Shown in pieces: positions 24,219-34,814 of a stretch of DNA of 64,000 nt (position 1 is the stretch's first letter; the number at the start of each line of letters is the position of its first letter). A model generated the notes under the pieces. It was not told the DNA's origin, ran no database searches, and saw nothing but the letters and a program-made list of their open reading frames with translations. The position numbers and the translations under genes are program-made. Source of the stretch: an uncultured Kiritimatiellota bacterium (GTDB taxonomy: Bacteria > Verrucomicrobiota > Kiritimatiellia > RFP12 > DVOR01); NCBI GenBank assembly GCA_944389585.1, contig CALXMW010000003.1, forward strand, positions 129,818 to 193,817, in the 5' to 3' direction.

Positions 24219-24227
24219 GGCGGCATT

Positions 24228-24273
24228 GGTTCCGTTGCGCCCGTTGTGGTCCTTTGCGTTCTTTGTGGTGGCC
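24228..24273 (+). repeat. M3-like module (copy D), inverted relative to 23770-23813
   Basis: GGTTCCGTTGCGCCCGTTGTGGTCCTTTGCGTTCTTTGTGGTGGCC aligns with the reverse complement of 23770-23813. It fills the whole gap between the GxxExxY start and the next gene's stop. Confidence 0.7.
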
Positions 24274-25230
24274 TTACGCGAGGGCGCGGAAGTAGGCGAT
24301 GGTTTTGGCGAGGCCGTCGCGCAGGGGGATGCGGGGGGCCCAGCCGAGGCAGGCGGTGGCCCAGGCGATGTCGGGCTTGCGGCGCTTGGGGTCGTCGCCG
24401 GGGAGGGGGCGGGTGACGAGGGCGCTTTTGCTTTCGGGGAGCTGGCGGAGGACTTCCTCGGCCAGTTGGCGGACGGTGAATTCGCCGGGGTTGCCCATGT
24501 TGAGGACGGGGATGGCGCAGCCTTTGGGCTTGAAGAAGGCCTCGAGGGCGGCGGGCTCGGCCTGCATGTAGGCCAGGAAGCCGGCGATGAGGTCGTCGAC
24601 GAACTGGAAGCTGCGGGTCTGCGCGCCGTCGCCGTAGAGGGTGATGGGCTCGCCGCGGAGGGCCTGGAGGATGAAGTTGGAGACCACGCGGCCGTCCTTG
24701 GGATCCATGTAGGGCCCGTAGGTGTTGAAGATGCGCACGAGGCGGACGTCGGTGCCGCGGGCGCGGCGGTGCTCGAGGGCGAAGACCTCGGCGGCGCGTT
24801 TGCCTTCGTCGTAGCAGCTGCGGATGCCCAGGGTGTTGACGTGGCCCCAGTAGGTCTCGGGCTGGGGGTGGACGAGGGGGTCGCCGTAGACCTCGCTGGT
24901 GGAGGCGTGGAGGACGCGCGCGCCGCAGCGCTCGGCCAGCTCGAGGACGCGGCGGATGCCGTCGATGGAGGTGGTGAGGGTGAAGAGCGGGTCGCGCTGG
25001 TAGTGCGGGGGCGAGGCGGGGCAGGCCAGGCTGAAGACCCAGTCGTAGTCGCCGGGGATGGGCTCGCGCACGTCGCGCTCCAGGAGCGTGGCGCCGAGGC
25101 CCTCGAGGTTGGCGCGTCGGCCGGTGTAGAAGTCGTCGAGGAGGGTGACGTGGTGCCCTTCGGCCAGGAGCCTGCGGGCCAGGTTGGCGCCGATGAACCC
25201 CGCGCCGCCGGTGATGAGAACCTTTTTCAT
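24274..25230 (-). CDS. UDP-glucuronate decarboxylase (UDP-xylose synthase), SDR family
   Basis: MKKVLITGGAGFIGANL, ASTSEVYGDP, YDEGKR and RIFNTYGP are typical of UXS/ArnA-C-type decarboxylases. Confidence 0.9.
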   Translation of the reverse strand: MKKVLITGGAGFIGANLARRLLAEGHHVTLLDDFYTGRRANLEGLGATLLERDVREPIPGDYDWVFSLACPASPPHYQRDPLFTLTTSIDGIRRVLELAERCGARVLHASTSEVYGDPLVHPQPETYWGHVNTLGIRSCYDEGKRAAEVFALEHRRARGTDVRLVRIFNTYGPYMDPKDGRVVSNFILQALRGEPITLYGDGAQTRSFQFVDDLIAGFLAYMQAEPAALEAFFKPKGCAIPVLNMGNPGEFTVRQLAEEVLRQLPESKSALVTRPLPGDDPKRRKPDIAWATACLGWAPRIPLRDGLAKTIAYFRALA

Positions 25231-25239
25231 AACCTCACC

Positions 25240-25248
25240 AGTATACCA
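25240..25248 (-). promoter_or_regulatory. Extended -10 (TGGTATACT) 10 nt before the decarboxylase ATG
   Basis: The reverse complement of 25240-25248 is TGGTATACT. The predicted leader is only about 3 nt. Confidence 0.35.
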
Positions 25249-25272
25249 TAGCTGATGGGTGGGGTGGGGCGC

Positions 25273-25302
25273 TTGCGCCGGCGCGGGGTTTTGTGGTATC
25301 TT
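25273..25302 (+). promoter_or_regulatory. Promoter of rpsO (TTGCGC-N18-TATCTT, TGTGG upstream)
   Basis: -35 at 25273-25278, -10 at 25297-25302. The ~108-nt leader contains hairpin GCCCCG-AAGTC-CGGGGC (25354-25370), possibly the S15 autoregulatory site. Confidence 0.45.
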
Positions 25303-25410
25303 ACGCCCACTTTCCTGCGACGTGTCTTAGGATACGTTCCCCGTTGCGGGCAAGCCCCGAAGTCCGGGGCGGCTGTGAAAGGTGTTGAAACCCCAATCAG
25401 GACAGACACC

Positions 25411-25668
25411 ATGATCGACAAAAACGCCATCCGCGAGCAGTTCCGCCGCCACGAGCGCGACACCGGCTCCAGCGAAGTGCAGATCGCCACCCTCACCAAG
25501 CGCATCGAGCAGCTCACCGAGCACCTCAAGGCCAACAAGAAGGACAACTCCTCCCGCTACGGCCTCATCCGCATGGTGAACAACCGCCGCAAGCTCCTCG
25601 ACTACCTCAAGCGCACCAACGAGGAGGCCTACCGCAAGGTCGTCGCCGACCTCGGCCTGCGCCGCTGA
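25411..25668 (+). CDS. rpsO: 30S ribosomal protein S15
   Basis: ATG 25411 within ORF 25255..25668. Carries [25 protein letters not shown] block. 85 aa. Confidence 0.95.
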   Translation: MIDKNAIREQFRRHERDTGSSEVQIATLTKRIEQLTEHLKANKKDNSSRYGLIRMVNNRRKLLDYLKRTNEEAYRKVVADLGLRR

Positions 25669-25691
25669 GCGGCCGCGGCAGCCAGCCGAAC

Positions 25692-25719
25692 GGGGCGCCC
25701 CGGGCGCCCCTCTTTTTTG
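25692..25719 (+). terminator. Terminator after rpsO
   Basis: GGGGCGCCC/GGGCGCCCC stem followed by TCTTTTTTG. Confidence 0.65.
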
Positions 25720-25774
25720 CCCCGCGGCCGCGGCGGGATTGACCGCGCCCCGCGCCTGTACTAAGGTGGGCGCC

Positions 25775-27724
25775 ATGATGAAACGCGCCCTCGCCCTCCT
25801 TGTCCTGGCCTTTGCGGCCGCCCTCCCCGCCGCCGAATGGACGCTCGCGGGTTTCCCGACCCACTGGGATCAATCCGGCACCTACAACGCCTACACGCCG
25901 GGCAAGCGTAAGTGCGGCTGCATCGCCGTCGCCGGCGCGGCCGTGCTCCAGTTCTACAACGCGACAAAAGACCCTGGGACGCAGACGGTGGAGTGCTCAA
26001 TCGACAGCGAGCCGATCTGGCTCACCACCCGCCCCGGCGCGTATGACTGGGACAACGCGGATGACGCCCTCTACGGCCGCGTGGCCTACAACCTGGGCGT
26101 GCAGGTGGGGATGAACTACGGCGGCCAGGAAAGCTCCGCCGCCACCGAACGCCTGGCCGGCGTGCTCGAAAGCTATGGCCTCACCTGCACCTACGCGCGG
26201 CGGATGGCCACGGGCGGCTTCACCCAGGCCGAGCTCGAGGCGCACCTCTACGTGCCGCTCCGCCTGGGCTGGCCCGTGATCCTGGGTATCCGCGGCGGCA
26301 CCTCGCACGCCGTCGTGGCCACCGGCGTGCGGCCCGCGGCGGGCTCGGAAGCCGTGGAGACGCGCCTCTTCGCGGGCTTCGGCGGCAAGGGCGACGGCTG
26401 GTATGCCCTGCCGGAGGCCACCATCAACGACATCCCGTTCGACACCGTCACCGACATCCTCATCGTGCGCACCCAGGCCGAGGGCGACCGCTGCTGGCAG
26501 GCCGTCTACGGCGCCGTCTCCGCCCCCGACGGCACGCCCGCCCCCGACGGCACGCCCGCCCCCGACGGCACGCCCGTCACGCTCACCTGCGGCGGCGAGA
26601 CCCACACCGCGACGACGGCCGGCGGCGCCTACGCCCTCGCCTTCCAAGCCCCAATCAACACCCCCGTGCAAGTCTCCTGCGGCGGGCAATTGCGCGTGGT
26701 TGCTTTCATGAGCGCGGAGGAATTGCCGCGGAGGCTGGATTTCGTCGAGGGGAACGCGACGCCGGACGGGGCGTATTTGATAGGCCCGGATGTCACGGCG
26801 TTGGATTTGGAGCGGTATCCGGACTTCCGCTTCCATCTTTATCAAGTGCAGGGGGAAACGCTGGTCGAGCTTTCCCCGGTGACGTGGTCGGCCTCGCTTG
26901 AGAATGTCCAAGGCGCCAGCGAGTTTGCCTACGGCATCTCGGCCTCCATCGATTCCTCCGGGCGCGTCTTCTGTTCGGACAGCCGGTTCCGCTCCGCCAC
27001 GCTCACCGTCAAAGGCCAATACGGCAGAAACCCCGCGGTCAGCAAGACGATGACGCTGTATCCGCGCATGACGCTCGTGGTGAACAGTTGGGTGCCCTCC
27101 GTGCGTCAGGTCTGGCCTGGCGAGGTCGTCGAAGCCCGGGACATCCGCCTCAACGTCACCACGGGCGGGGAGACGACCCAGACGGACGACCTTTCCGAAG
27201 CGGTGTTTCGCCTCAATGGCAACAGATGGAGCGCCCAAGGGACGGCGCTTGCCATCCCTGCCGGGACGGAGGTCTCGCGCCAACAGCAATTGCAACTGTC
27301 GCTCAGCGCCTGGAGAGCGGGCGATTCGGAAGACCCCTTTGCCGCCAAGGCCGCCACGATAGACCTTATGCCTTCCGCCTCGACCCTCGGCGACGACTTC
27401 GACAATATCCCCGATGGCTGGCTCAAGGCGCGGGTCGGGGCGACGGATGAGACTCTCGAGAAGGTGGCCCGCGCCGACAGCGACGGGGATGGGTACGCGA
27501 ATTGGGAGGAGTGGGTGGCGGGGACGGACCCGAAGGACGCGGGGAGCACGTTGCGGGTGACGGGGCTGGAGGTGGGCGCGGACGGCGCGGCGCGGGTGGA
27601 GTGGGCGCCGCGGGCGCCGGGGCGGAAGGCCGTCGTCGTGGGGGCGGAGGCGCTTGGGGGGCCGTGGCGGGAAGACCCCGGCGCGGGGGCGCGCTTCTTC
27701 CGCGTCAGGGTTTCGCTGGAGTGA
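25775..27724 (+). CDS. Secreted peptidase C10 (streptopain-like cysteine protease) with Pro-rich repeat, beta-sandwich modules and a C-terminal TSP3-like/FFRV domain
   Basis: Signal peptide MMKRALALLVLAFAAALPAA. Catalytic-Cys block KCGCIAVAGAAVLQFY, His block GGTSHAVVATG, and GDGWYAL. C-terminus DSDGDGYANWEEWVAGTDPKD...ARFFRVRVSLE. Confidence 0.8.
   Translation: MMKRALALLVLAFAAALPAAEWTLAGFPTHWDQSGTYNAYTPGKRKCGCIAVAGAAVLQFYNATKDPGTQTVECSIDSEPIWLTTRPGAYDWDNADDALYGRVAYNLGVQVGMNYGGQESSAATERLAGVLESYGLTCTYARRMATGGFTQAELEAHLYVPLRLGWPVILGIRGGTSHAVVATGVRPAAGSEAVETRLFAGFGGKGDGWYALPEATINDIPFDTVTDILIVRTQAEGDRCWQAVYGAVSAPDGTPAPDGTPAPDGTPVTLTCGGETHTATTAGGAYALAFQAPINTPVQVSCGGQLRVVAFMSAEELPRRLDFVEGNATPDGAYLIGPDVTALDLERYPDFRFHLYQVQGETLVELSPVTWSASLENVQGASEFAYGISASIDSSGRVFCSDSRFRSATLTVKGQYGRNPAVSKTMTLYPRMTLVVNSWVPSVRQVWPGEVVEARDIRLNVTTGGETTQTDDLSEAVFRLNGNRWSAQGTALAIPAGTEVSRQQQLQLSLSAWRAGDSEDPFAAKAATIDLMPSASTLGDDFDNIPDGWLKARVGATDETLEKVARADSDGDGYANWEEWVAGTDPKDAGSTLRVTGLEVGADGAARVEWAPRAPGRKAVVVGAEALGGPWREDPGAGARFFRVRVSLE
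26522..26575 (+). repeat. Perfect 18-bp x 3 in-frame tandem repeat (APDGTP x3) inside the C10 peptidase gene
   Basis: GCCCCCGACGGCACGCCC is repeated three times without mismatch. Confidence 0.95.
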
Positions 27725-27734
27725 GGGGCGCGCC

Positions 27735-28271
27735 TCAGAGGGCCCGCCCCAGGGCGCGGGCCTGGGCGAGGTAGGGCGAGGCCTTGGCCTCGCCGGGGTG
27801 GGTCAGGCCGGCGGCGCGCAGGGCGAAGGCTTCGGTGGGGGCGTCGAGGCAGGCGAGGTAGCCGCGGAAGTCCTCGAGCGTGCGATCCATGCACGCGGGG
27901 TCGTCGTCGGCCGAGGTCATGATGAAGCCGAAGGTCTTGCCGCCCATGCGTTCATAGTAGGGGCTGGAGCGGTCGATGAGCGTCTTCATCTGGGCGCAGA
28001 CGGCGTAGAAGTAGACGGGGGTGGCCAGGACGATGACGTCGGCGCCGAGCATCCGCTCCTGGATGGCGCGCGCGTCGTCGTCGATGGGGCAGGGCTTGCC
28101 GTGGAAGGAGCAGAGGCCGCAGCCCGTGCAGTAGCCGATGCGCTTGTCGGCCAGGCGGATGAGGGTGACGGCGTGGCCGGCCTCGCGGGCGCCCTCGGCG
28201 AGGGCCTGGCAGAGGGTGTCGGAGTTGCCGTTCTTGCGCGGCGAGGCGGAGAGGATCAGGACGGTCTTCAT
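27735..28271 (-). CDS. Iron-sulfur flavoprotein (ISF) / NADPH-dependent FMN reductase family
   Basis: MKTVLILSASPRKNGNS flavodoxin-like N-terminus. Compact CTGCGLCSFHGKPC (Cx2Cx2Cx6C) cluster motif. Confidence 0.85.
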   Translation of the reverse strand: MKTVLILSASPRKNGNSDTLCQALAEGAREAGHAVTLIRLADKRIGYCTGCGLCSFHGKPCPIDDDARAIQERMLGADVIVLATPVYFYAVCAQMKTLIDRSSPYYERMGGKTFGFIMTSADDDPACMDRTLEDFRGYLACLDAPTEAFALRAAGLTHPGEAKASPYLAQARALGRAL

Positions 28272-28404
28272 GGGCGTTCTCCCGTTGCGTGGTTGTGCCC
28301 ATTATACACCTTTGCGGCGGCGCGGGCGCCCCGCCGATCGGCCGAAAGGCGGGGCGCGCTAACGGAAAACTAACGAAAAAGACGCGATTGCGGCGCGCTC
28401 GGCC

Positions 28405-28433
28405 TTGCGTGGGTCGGGGGCGTTTGGTACACT
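28405..28433 (+). promoter_or_regulatory. Promoter of ppdK (TTGCGT-N17-TACACT, TTTGG upstream)
   Basis: -35 at 28405-28410, -10 at 28428-28433. GGAGA RBS before ATG 28462. Confidence 0.45.
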
Positions 28434-28461
28434 GTTGCTTTCCATTTAACGGAGAAACGCG

Positions 28462-31257
<2,796 letters not shown>

Positions 31258-31273
31258 GCGCCCACACGCGCAC

Positions 31274-31308
31274 CCCAAAAAGCCCCGCACCCGCGGGGCT
31301 TTTTTTTT
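31274..31308 (+). terminator. Rho-independent terminator after ppdK; 35 nt identical to the one after rplL
   Basis: CCCAAAAAGCCCCGCACCCGCGGGGCTTTTTTTTT: an 8-bp stem, ACCC loop and T9. An exact copy lies at 39653-39687. Confidence 0.85.
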
Positions 31309-31646
31309 GGAGAACGGAGAGCGCCCCTGCGGGGCGACCGGCGCACGCATCCGCTGCGCGGGCACCCGCAAAGGCGCAACGTGAAGCAAAGGACGCAAAG
31401 GGGAAAGACGGAAAGCGAATGCCCCGCGGTGCGGAGAAAGGGCAGATGGTGGGCGGGCAGGCAAGAGCGGGGATGGCGGGCAGGAGCAGGGTGGTGGGCG
31501 GCGTCTCAGTGGTCTTAGTGGTCCCAGTGGTCCCAGAGCGTGGCATCCTTGGCGGCGGCGTGCTAGGACAACTGGGACTGCTGGGACTGCTGGGACAACT
31601 GGGTCGGGCTCCGCCCGTCGCCCCGCAGGGGCGTTCTCCGTTCTCT
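31309..31646. repeat. Palindromic composite repeat, copy E (MITE-like, about 338 bp)
   Basis: Terminal inverted repeats 31309-31343 and 31612-31646 match 32/35 (GGAGAACGGAGAGCGCCCCTGCGGGGCGACCGGCG). Inside are inverted 9-bp GGTCCCAGT / ACTGGGAC arrays (31506-31538 and 31563-31603) and an M3-like stretch (31380-31416). Confidence 0.8.
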
Positions 31647-31662
31647 GTCCGCCGATTTCCGA

Positions 31663-31691
31663 TTGCGGCGGGGCGTGGGGTTTGGTAATCT
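31663..31691 (+). promoter_or_regulatory. Promoter of the LysM lipoprotein gene (TTGCGG-N17-TAATCT, TTTGG upstream)
   Basis: -35 at 31663-31668, -10 at 31686-31691. AAAAGGAG RBS before ATG 31718. Confidence 0.45.
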
Positions 31692-31717
31692 ATCAGTGTT
31701 CTTAAAAGGAGTCCCCC

Positions 31718-32725
31718 ATGAAGCAGCAGATGCTTGCCACCCTTTCCATCACGGCCGCCGCGTTGATCTGCGGGTGCGCCACGAAGCAGGAGGCCGCCGC
31801 CCTGCGCGCGCAGCAGGAGGCCGCGGACGTGACGGCCGCCGAGGAGCGCCAGGTGCAGGCCGAGGTCAGCGGCGAACCGGCGATCGAGCCGGCCGAGGCC
31901 GAGCCGCTCCCGGTCATCGAGCCGGCGCCCGCGCCCGCGCCCGCGCCCGAGCAACCCGCGGCGCAGAAGCCCATCGAACATCCCAAGCCGGTGCCCTACA
32001 AGGTGACGGAAGGCGACTCCGTCAGCGCCCTGGCCACGCGCTTCAACGTGCGCCAGCCCGACATCCTGGCGCTGAACCCCGCCCTCCGCGCGAACCCCGA
32101 CCGCCTGAGCGTGGGGCAGACGGTGCTGATGCCCCCCGGCACCGACGTCACCGTCGCGCCGAAGCCGCGCAAGGCCAAGCCCGCGGCCCCCAAAGGCGCC
32201 ACCGTCTACACCGTGCAGAGCGGCGACGTCCTCGGCGGCATCGCCCTCACCCACGGCGTCACCGTCGCCTCCATCGTCGAGGCCAACAACCTGAAGGGCG
32301 ACACCATCTTCGTGGGCCAGAAGCTCACCATCCCCGGCGCGAAACAGCGCGGCCGCGTCGTCGCCAAGAAGGATCCCGCCGCCAAGCCCGCCCCCAAGCC
32401 GCAGGAAGCCCCCAAGGCCGAGCCCCCCAAGGCCGAGCCCGCGCCTGAGCCCGCGCCCGAGGCCGCCGGCGAGGAGCCCCTGCCGCCGCCGCCCGCGGCC
32501 GAGGAGGGGCTGGGCGCCGACGCCCTGCCGCCGCCGCCCGCGCCTGAGGCCGCCGCCGCCACGCAGACCTACACGGTGCAGCCGGGCGAGGATCTGGTGG
32601 CCGTGTCGCTGAAGTGGGGGGTGACGCTGCCGGTGCTCCGCGCGGCGAACGGGCTGGACGACGCCGCCGGCAACGAGGTGGCGCCGGGCACGACGCTGAA
32701 GATCCCCGTGGGCGGGGCGCAATAA
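31718..32725 (+). CDS. Lipoprotein with three LysM peptidoglycan-binding domains
   Basis: Lipobox LICGC. Three YxVxxGD...L...N.L......GQ.L.IP units separated by Pro/Ala-rich linkers. Confidence 0.88.
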   Translation: MKQQMLATLSITAAALICGCATKQEAAALRAQQEAADVTAAEERQVQAEVSGEPAIEPAEAEPLPVIEPAPAPAPAPEQPAAQKPIEHPKPVPYKVTEGDSVSALATRFNVRQPDILALNPALRANPDRLSVGQTVLMPPGTDVTVAPKPRKAKPAAPKGATVYTVQSGDVLGGIALTHGVTVASIVEANNLKGDTIFVGQKLTIPGAKQRGRVVAKKDPAAKPAPKPQEAPKAEPPKAEPAPEPAPEAAGEEPLPPPPAAEEGLGADALPPPPAPEAAAATQTYTVQPGEDLVAVSLKWGVTLPVLRAANGLDDAAGNEVAPGTTLKIPVGGAQ

Positions 32726-32744
32726 AGGGCCCTGCGGCGAAAGA

Positions 32745-32772
32745 GGGGCGCGGGTTCCGCGCCCCTTTTTCG
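32745..32772 (+). terminator. Terminator after the LysM gene
   Basis: GGGGCGCGG-GTT-CCGCGCCCC followed by TTTTTCG. Confidence 0.7.
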
Positions 32773-32795
32773 CCCCGGGGCGCGGGGGCGCGGCG

Positions 32796-33914
32796 ATGTT
32801 GCGGTTTTGCGTGCGGATGGAGATGGCGCTGGCCTTCGCGCTGGCGATCTTCGGCATCCTGATCCTGTCCTACGCGGGGAAGGCGCAGGCGGGGGCCGAG
32901 CCGTTGCGCTATTGCGTGATGCAGGCGGCCTTCCTGGCGGTGAGCCTGGTGGCGATGGGGGTGCTCTTCCGGGTGGACTACCGCTTCTTCGCGCGGAAGG
33001 AGGTGCTGTGGGCGCTGGCGGTGGGGATGGTGGTGGCGCTGGCGCTGGTGCTGACGCCGGGGGTGGGCAAGACGGTGAAGGGGGCGCACCGATGGATCGG
33101 GTTGGGGCCGATCAACGTGCAGCCGGTGGAGTTCGTGAAGCTGGGCATCGTGCTCTTCCTCTCGGGCTACCTGGGGCGCCTGGGGGGGATGGCGCGGCGC
33201 CTCAAGTGGGGGGTGGCGGTGCCGGGGGCGCTGGTGGGGCCGGTGCTGGTGCTCCTGGCGCTGCAGCCGGACTTCGGGGGGGCGATGATCGTGTGCGCGC
33301 TGGTGGCGCTGGTGCTGCTGGCCGGGGGCGTGCGCCTGCGCCACCTGCTCCTGCCGGGGGCGGCGGGGGTCGCCTTCGTGGCGGCGATGCTGCTGACCAA
33401 CGAGAACCGCGTGGCGCGCCTGCTGAACGAGCAGCAAGGGGAAAACTACCAGGCCTGGCAATCCGAGATCGCCTTCCACAACGGCGGCCTCACGGGCGTG
33501 GGGCTGGGCCACGGCATGCAGACGGCCGGCTACCTGCCCGAGTGCCACACCGACTTCATCTTCGCCATCATCGGCGAAGACCTCGGGCTCGTGGCCACGG
33601 GGCTGATCTGGCTGGCCTTCCTGCTGATGCTCTGCGGCGGCACGGTCATCGCCCTGCGCGCGAAAGACCGCCAGGGGATGCTCCTGGCCGCCGGCGCCAC
33701 GGCCATCCTCTGCGCGCAGGGGGCCGCGAACATGGCCGTGGTGACGCACCTGCTGCCCACCAAAGGCCTGGCGCTGCCCTTCCTCTCCTACGGCGGCTCG
33801 TGCCTGCTCTCCTCCTTCTGCGCGGTGGGCGTGCTCACGGGCGTGGGGCGCGCCACGCTCGAGGCCGAGGACGCGCCCGCGGCGCCCGGCGGGCGGCCGG
33901 TCTCGCTGGGGTGA
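32796..33914 (+). CDS. FtsW/RodA/SpoVE (SEDS) family peptidoglycan glycosyltransferase
   Basis: Multi-TM protein. QPVEFVKLGIVLFL, QPDFGGAMI, PECHTDFIFAIIGEDLG and LPFLSYGGS are SEDS hallmarks. Confidence 0.9.
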   Translation: MLRFCVRMEMALAFALAIFGILILSYAGKAQAGAEPLRYCVMQAAFLAVSLVAMGVLFRVDYRFFARKEVLWALAVGMVVALALVLTPGVGKTVKGAHRWIGLGPINVQPVEFVKLGIVLFLSGYLGRLGGMARRLKWGVAVPGALVGPVLVLLALQPDFGGAMIVCALVALVLLAGGVRLRHLLLPGAAGVAFVAAMLLTNENRVARLLNEQQGENYQAWQSEIAFHNGGLTGVGLGHGMQTAGYLPECHTDFIFAIIGEDLGLVATGLIWLAFLLMLCGGTVIALRAKDRQGMLLAAGATAILCAQGAANMAVVTHLLPTKGLALPFLSYGGSCLLSSFCAVGVLTGVGRATLEAEDAPAAPGGRPVSLG

Positions 33915-33917
33915 GCG

Positions 33918-34550
33918 ATGGACACGCGCCCCACCGTCGTCTGGGACTTCAACGGCACGTTGCTCGACGACGTGCGCGCCTGCCTCGACGCGCTCAACGC
34001 CATCCTCCGCGCCCACCGCCTGCCCCCGCTCGACGCCGAGCAATACCGCGCCCGCTTCCGCTTCCCCGTGGCCGACTTCTACCGCGAGCTCGGCATGGCC
34101 CCGGGCACGGCCTACGACTGGGAGGCGCTGGGCGAAAGCTTCCACATGCGCTACCTCTTCTCCCCCCACCTCGCCCTCCAGCCCGGCGCCCGCGAGGCCG
34201 TGCTGGCCCTGCGCGCCGCGGGCTTCCGCCAAGGCGTGCTCTCCGCCCTTGAGCAGGGTATCCTCGAGATGCAGCTGGCCCAGTTCGGCCTGGCCGGGCA
34301 CCTGGACTTCGTGTGCGGCTCGCGCAACTACGACGGCGCCTCGAAGGAGGCCGCCGCCCGCGCCCTGGCCCTGCGCGGCCCCGTCCTGCTCGTGGGCGAC
34401 ACCCTGCACGACGCCGAAGTGGCCCGCTCGCAGGGCTGGGACTGCCTGCTCTGCGCCGCCGGCCACCAGAACGCCGCGCGCCTGGCCGCCGCCGGCTACC
34501 CCCTCATCCCCAGCCTCCGCGCCCTGCCGCCGCGCCTCATCAAAGGCTGA
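33918..34550 (+). CDS. HAD-superfamily hydrolase (phosphoglycolate phosphatase-like)
   Basis: VVWDFNGTLLDD motif I (DxN variant), SALE and GDTLHD motifs. Confidence 0.8.
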   Translation: MDTRPTVVWDFNGTLLDDVRACLDALNAILRAHRLPPLDAEQYRARFRFPVADFYRELGMAPGTAYDWEALGESFHMRYLFSPHLALQPGAREAVLALRAAGFRQGVLSALEQGILEMQLAQFGLAGHLDFVCGSRNYDGASKEAAARALALRGPVLLVGDTLHDAEVARSQGWDCLLCAAGHQNAARLAAAGYPLIPSLRALPPRLIKG

Positions 34551-34668
34551 TGGCCGCGGAAGGCAGCCGCGGAAGGCAGCCGTGGAAGGTAGCCGTGGAA
34601 GGTAGCCGTGGAAGGTAGCCGTGGAAGGTAGCCGTGGAAGGTAGCCGTGGAAGGTAGCCGTGGAAGGT
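34551..34668 (+). repeat. 13-bp tandem array, about 9.5 copies (GGAAGGTAGCCGT)
   Basis: Units start at 34558, 34571, 34584 ... 34649. The first two have C for T (GGAAGGCAGCCGC/T) and the last six are identical. It starts 1 nt after the HAD stop. The unit length is not a multiple of 3. Confidence 0.95.
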
Positions 34669-34669
34669 T

Positions 34670-34720
34670 CGCCCTTCGGGCTCACACGCCCTTCGGGCTC
34701 ACACGCCCTTCGGGCTCACG
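34670..34720 (+). repeat. 17-bp tandem array x3 (CGCCCTTCGGGCTCACA), each unit a GCCC-TTC-GGGC mini-hairpin
   Basis: Copies at 34670-34686, 34687-34703 and 34704-34720, with one mismatch in the last. Abuts the 13-mer array. Confidence 0.95.
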
Positions 34721-34784
34721 GGCAGAGTGGCGGGTTGGCTGGCGGGGCGGGGAAGGGCGGGTGTGCGATTTTGGAAAAAAGGGC

Positions 34785-34814
34785 TTGCGTTCCACGCGGC
34801 GGGTGTGGTATAGT
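34785..34814 (+). promoter_or_regulatory. Promoter of tRNA-Thr / tuf (TTGCGT-N18-TATAGT, TGTGG upstream)
   Basis: -35 at 34785-34790. GTGTGGTATAGT with the -10 at 34809-34814. About 75 nt upstream of the tRNA. Confidence 0.5.

Noticed and set aside
23688-24273. The GxxExxY locus as a fragment of a 23S rRNA intervening sequence or rRNA operon.
   Set aside because: No rRNA-like sequence flanks it. It lies between two protein-coding genes. Only the analogy (inverted flanks) is retained as a hypothesis.
34551-34668. The 13-bp tandem array as a CRISPR array or as a coding peptide repeat (EGSRGR/KVAVEG).
   Set aside because: The units are contiguous with no spacers and are far shorter than CRISPR repeats. 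No cas genes are present. A 13-bp period shifts the frame every unit, so no consistent peptide repeat can be encoded.
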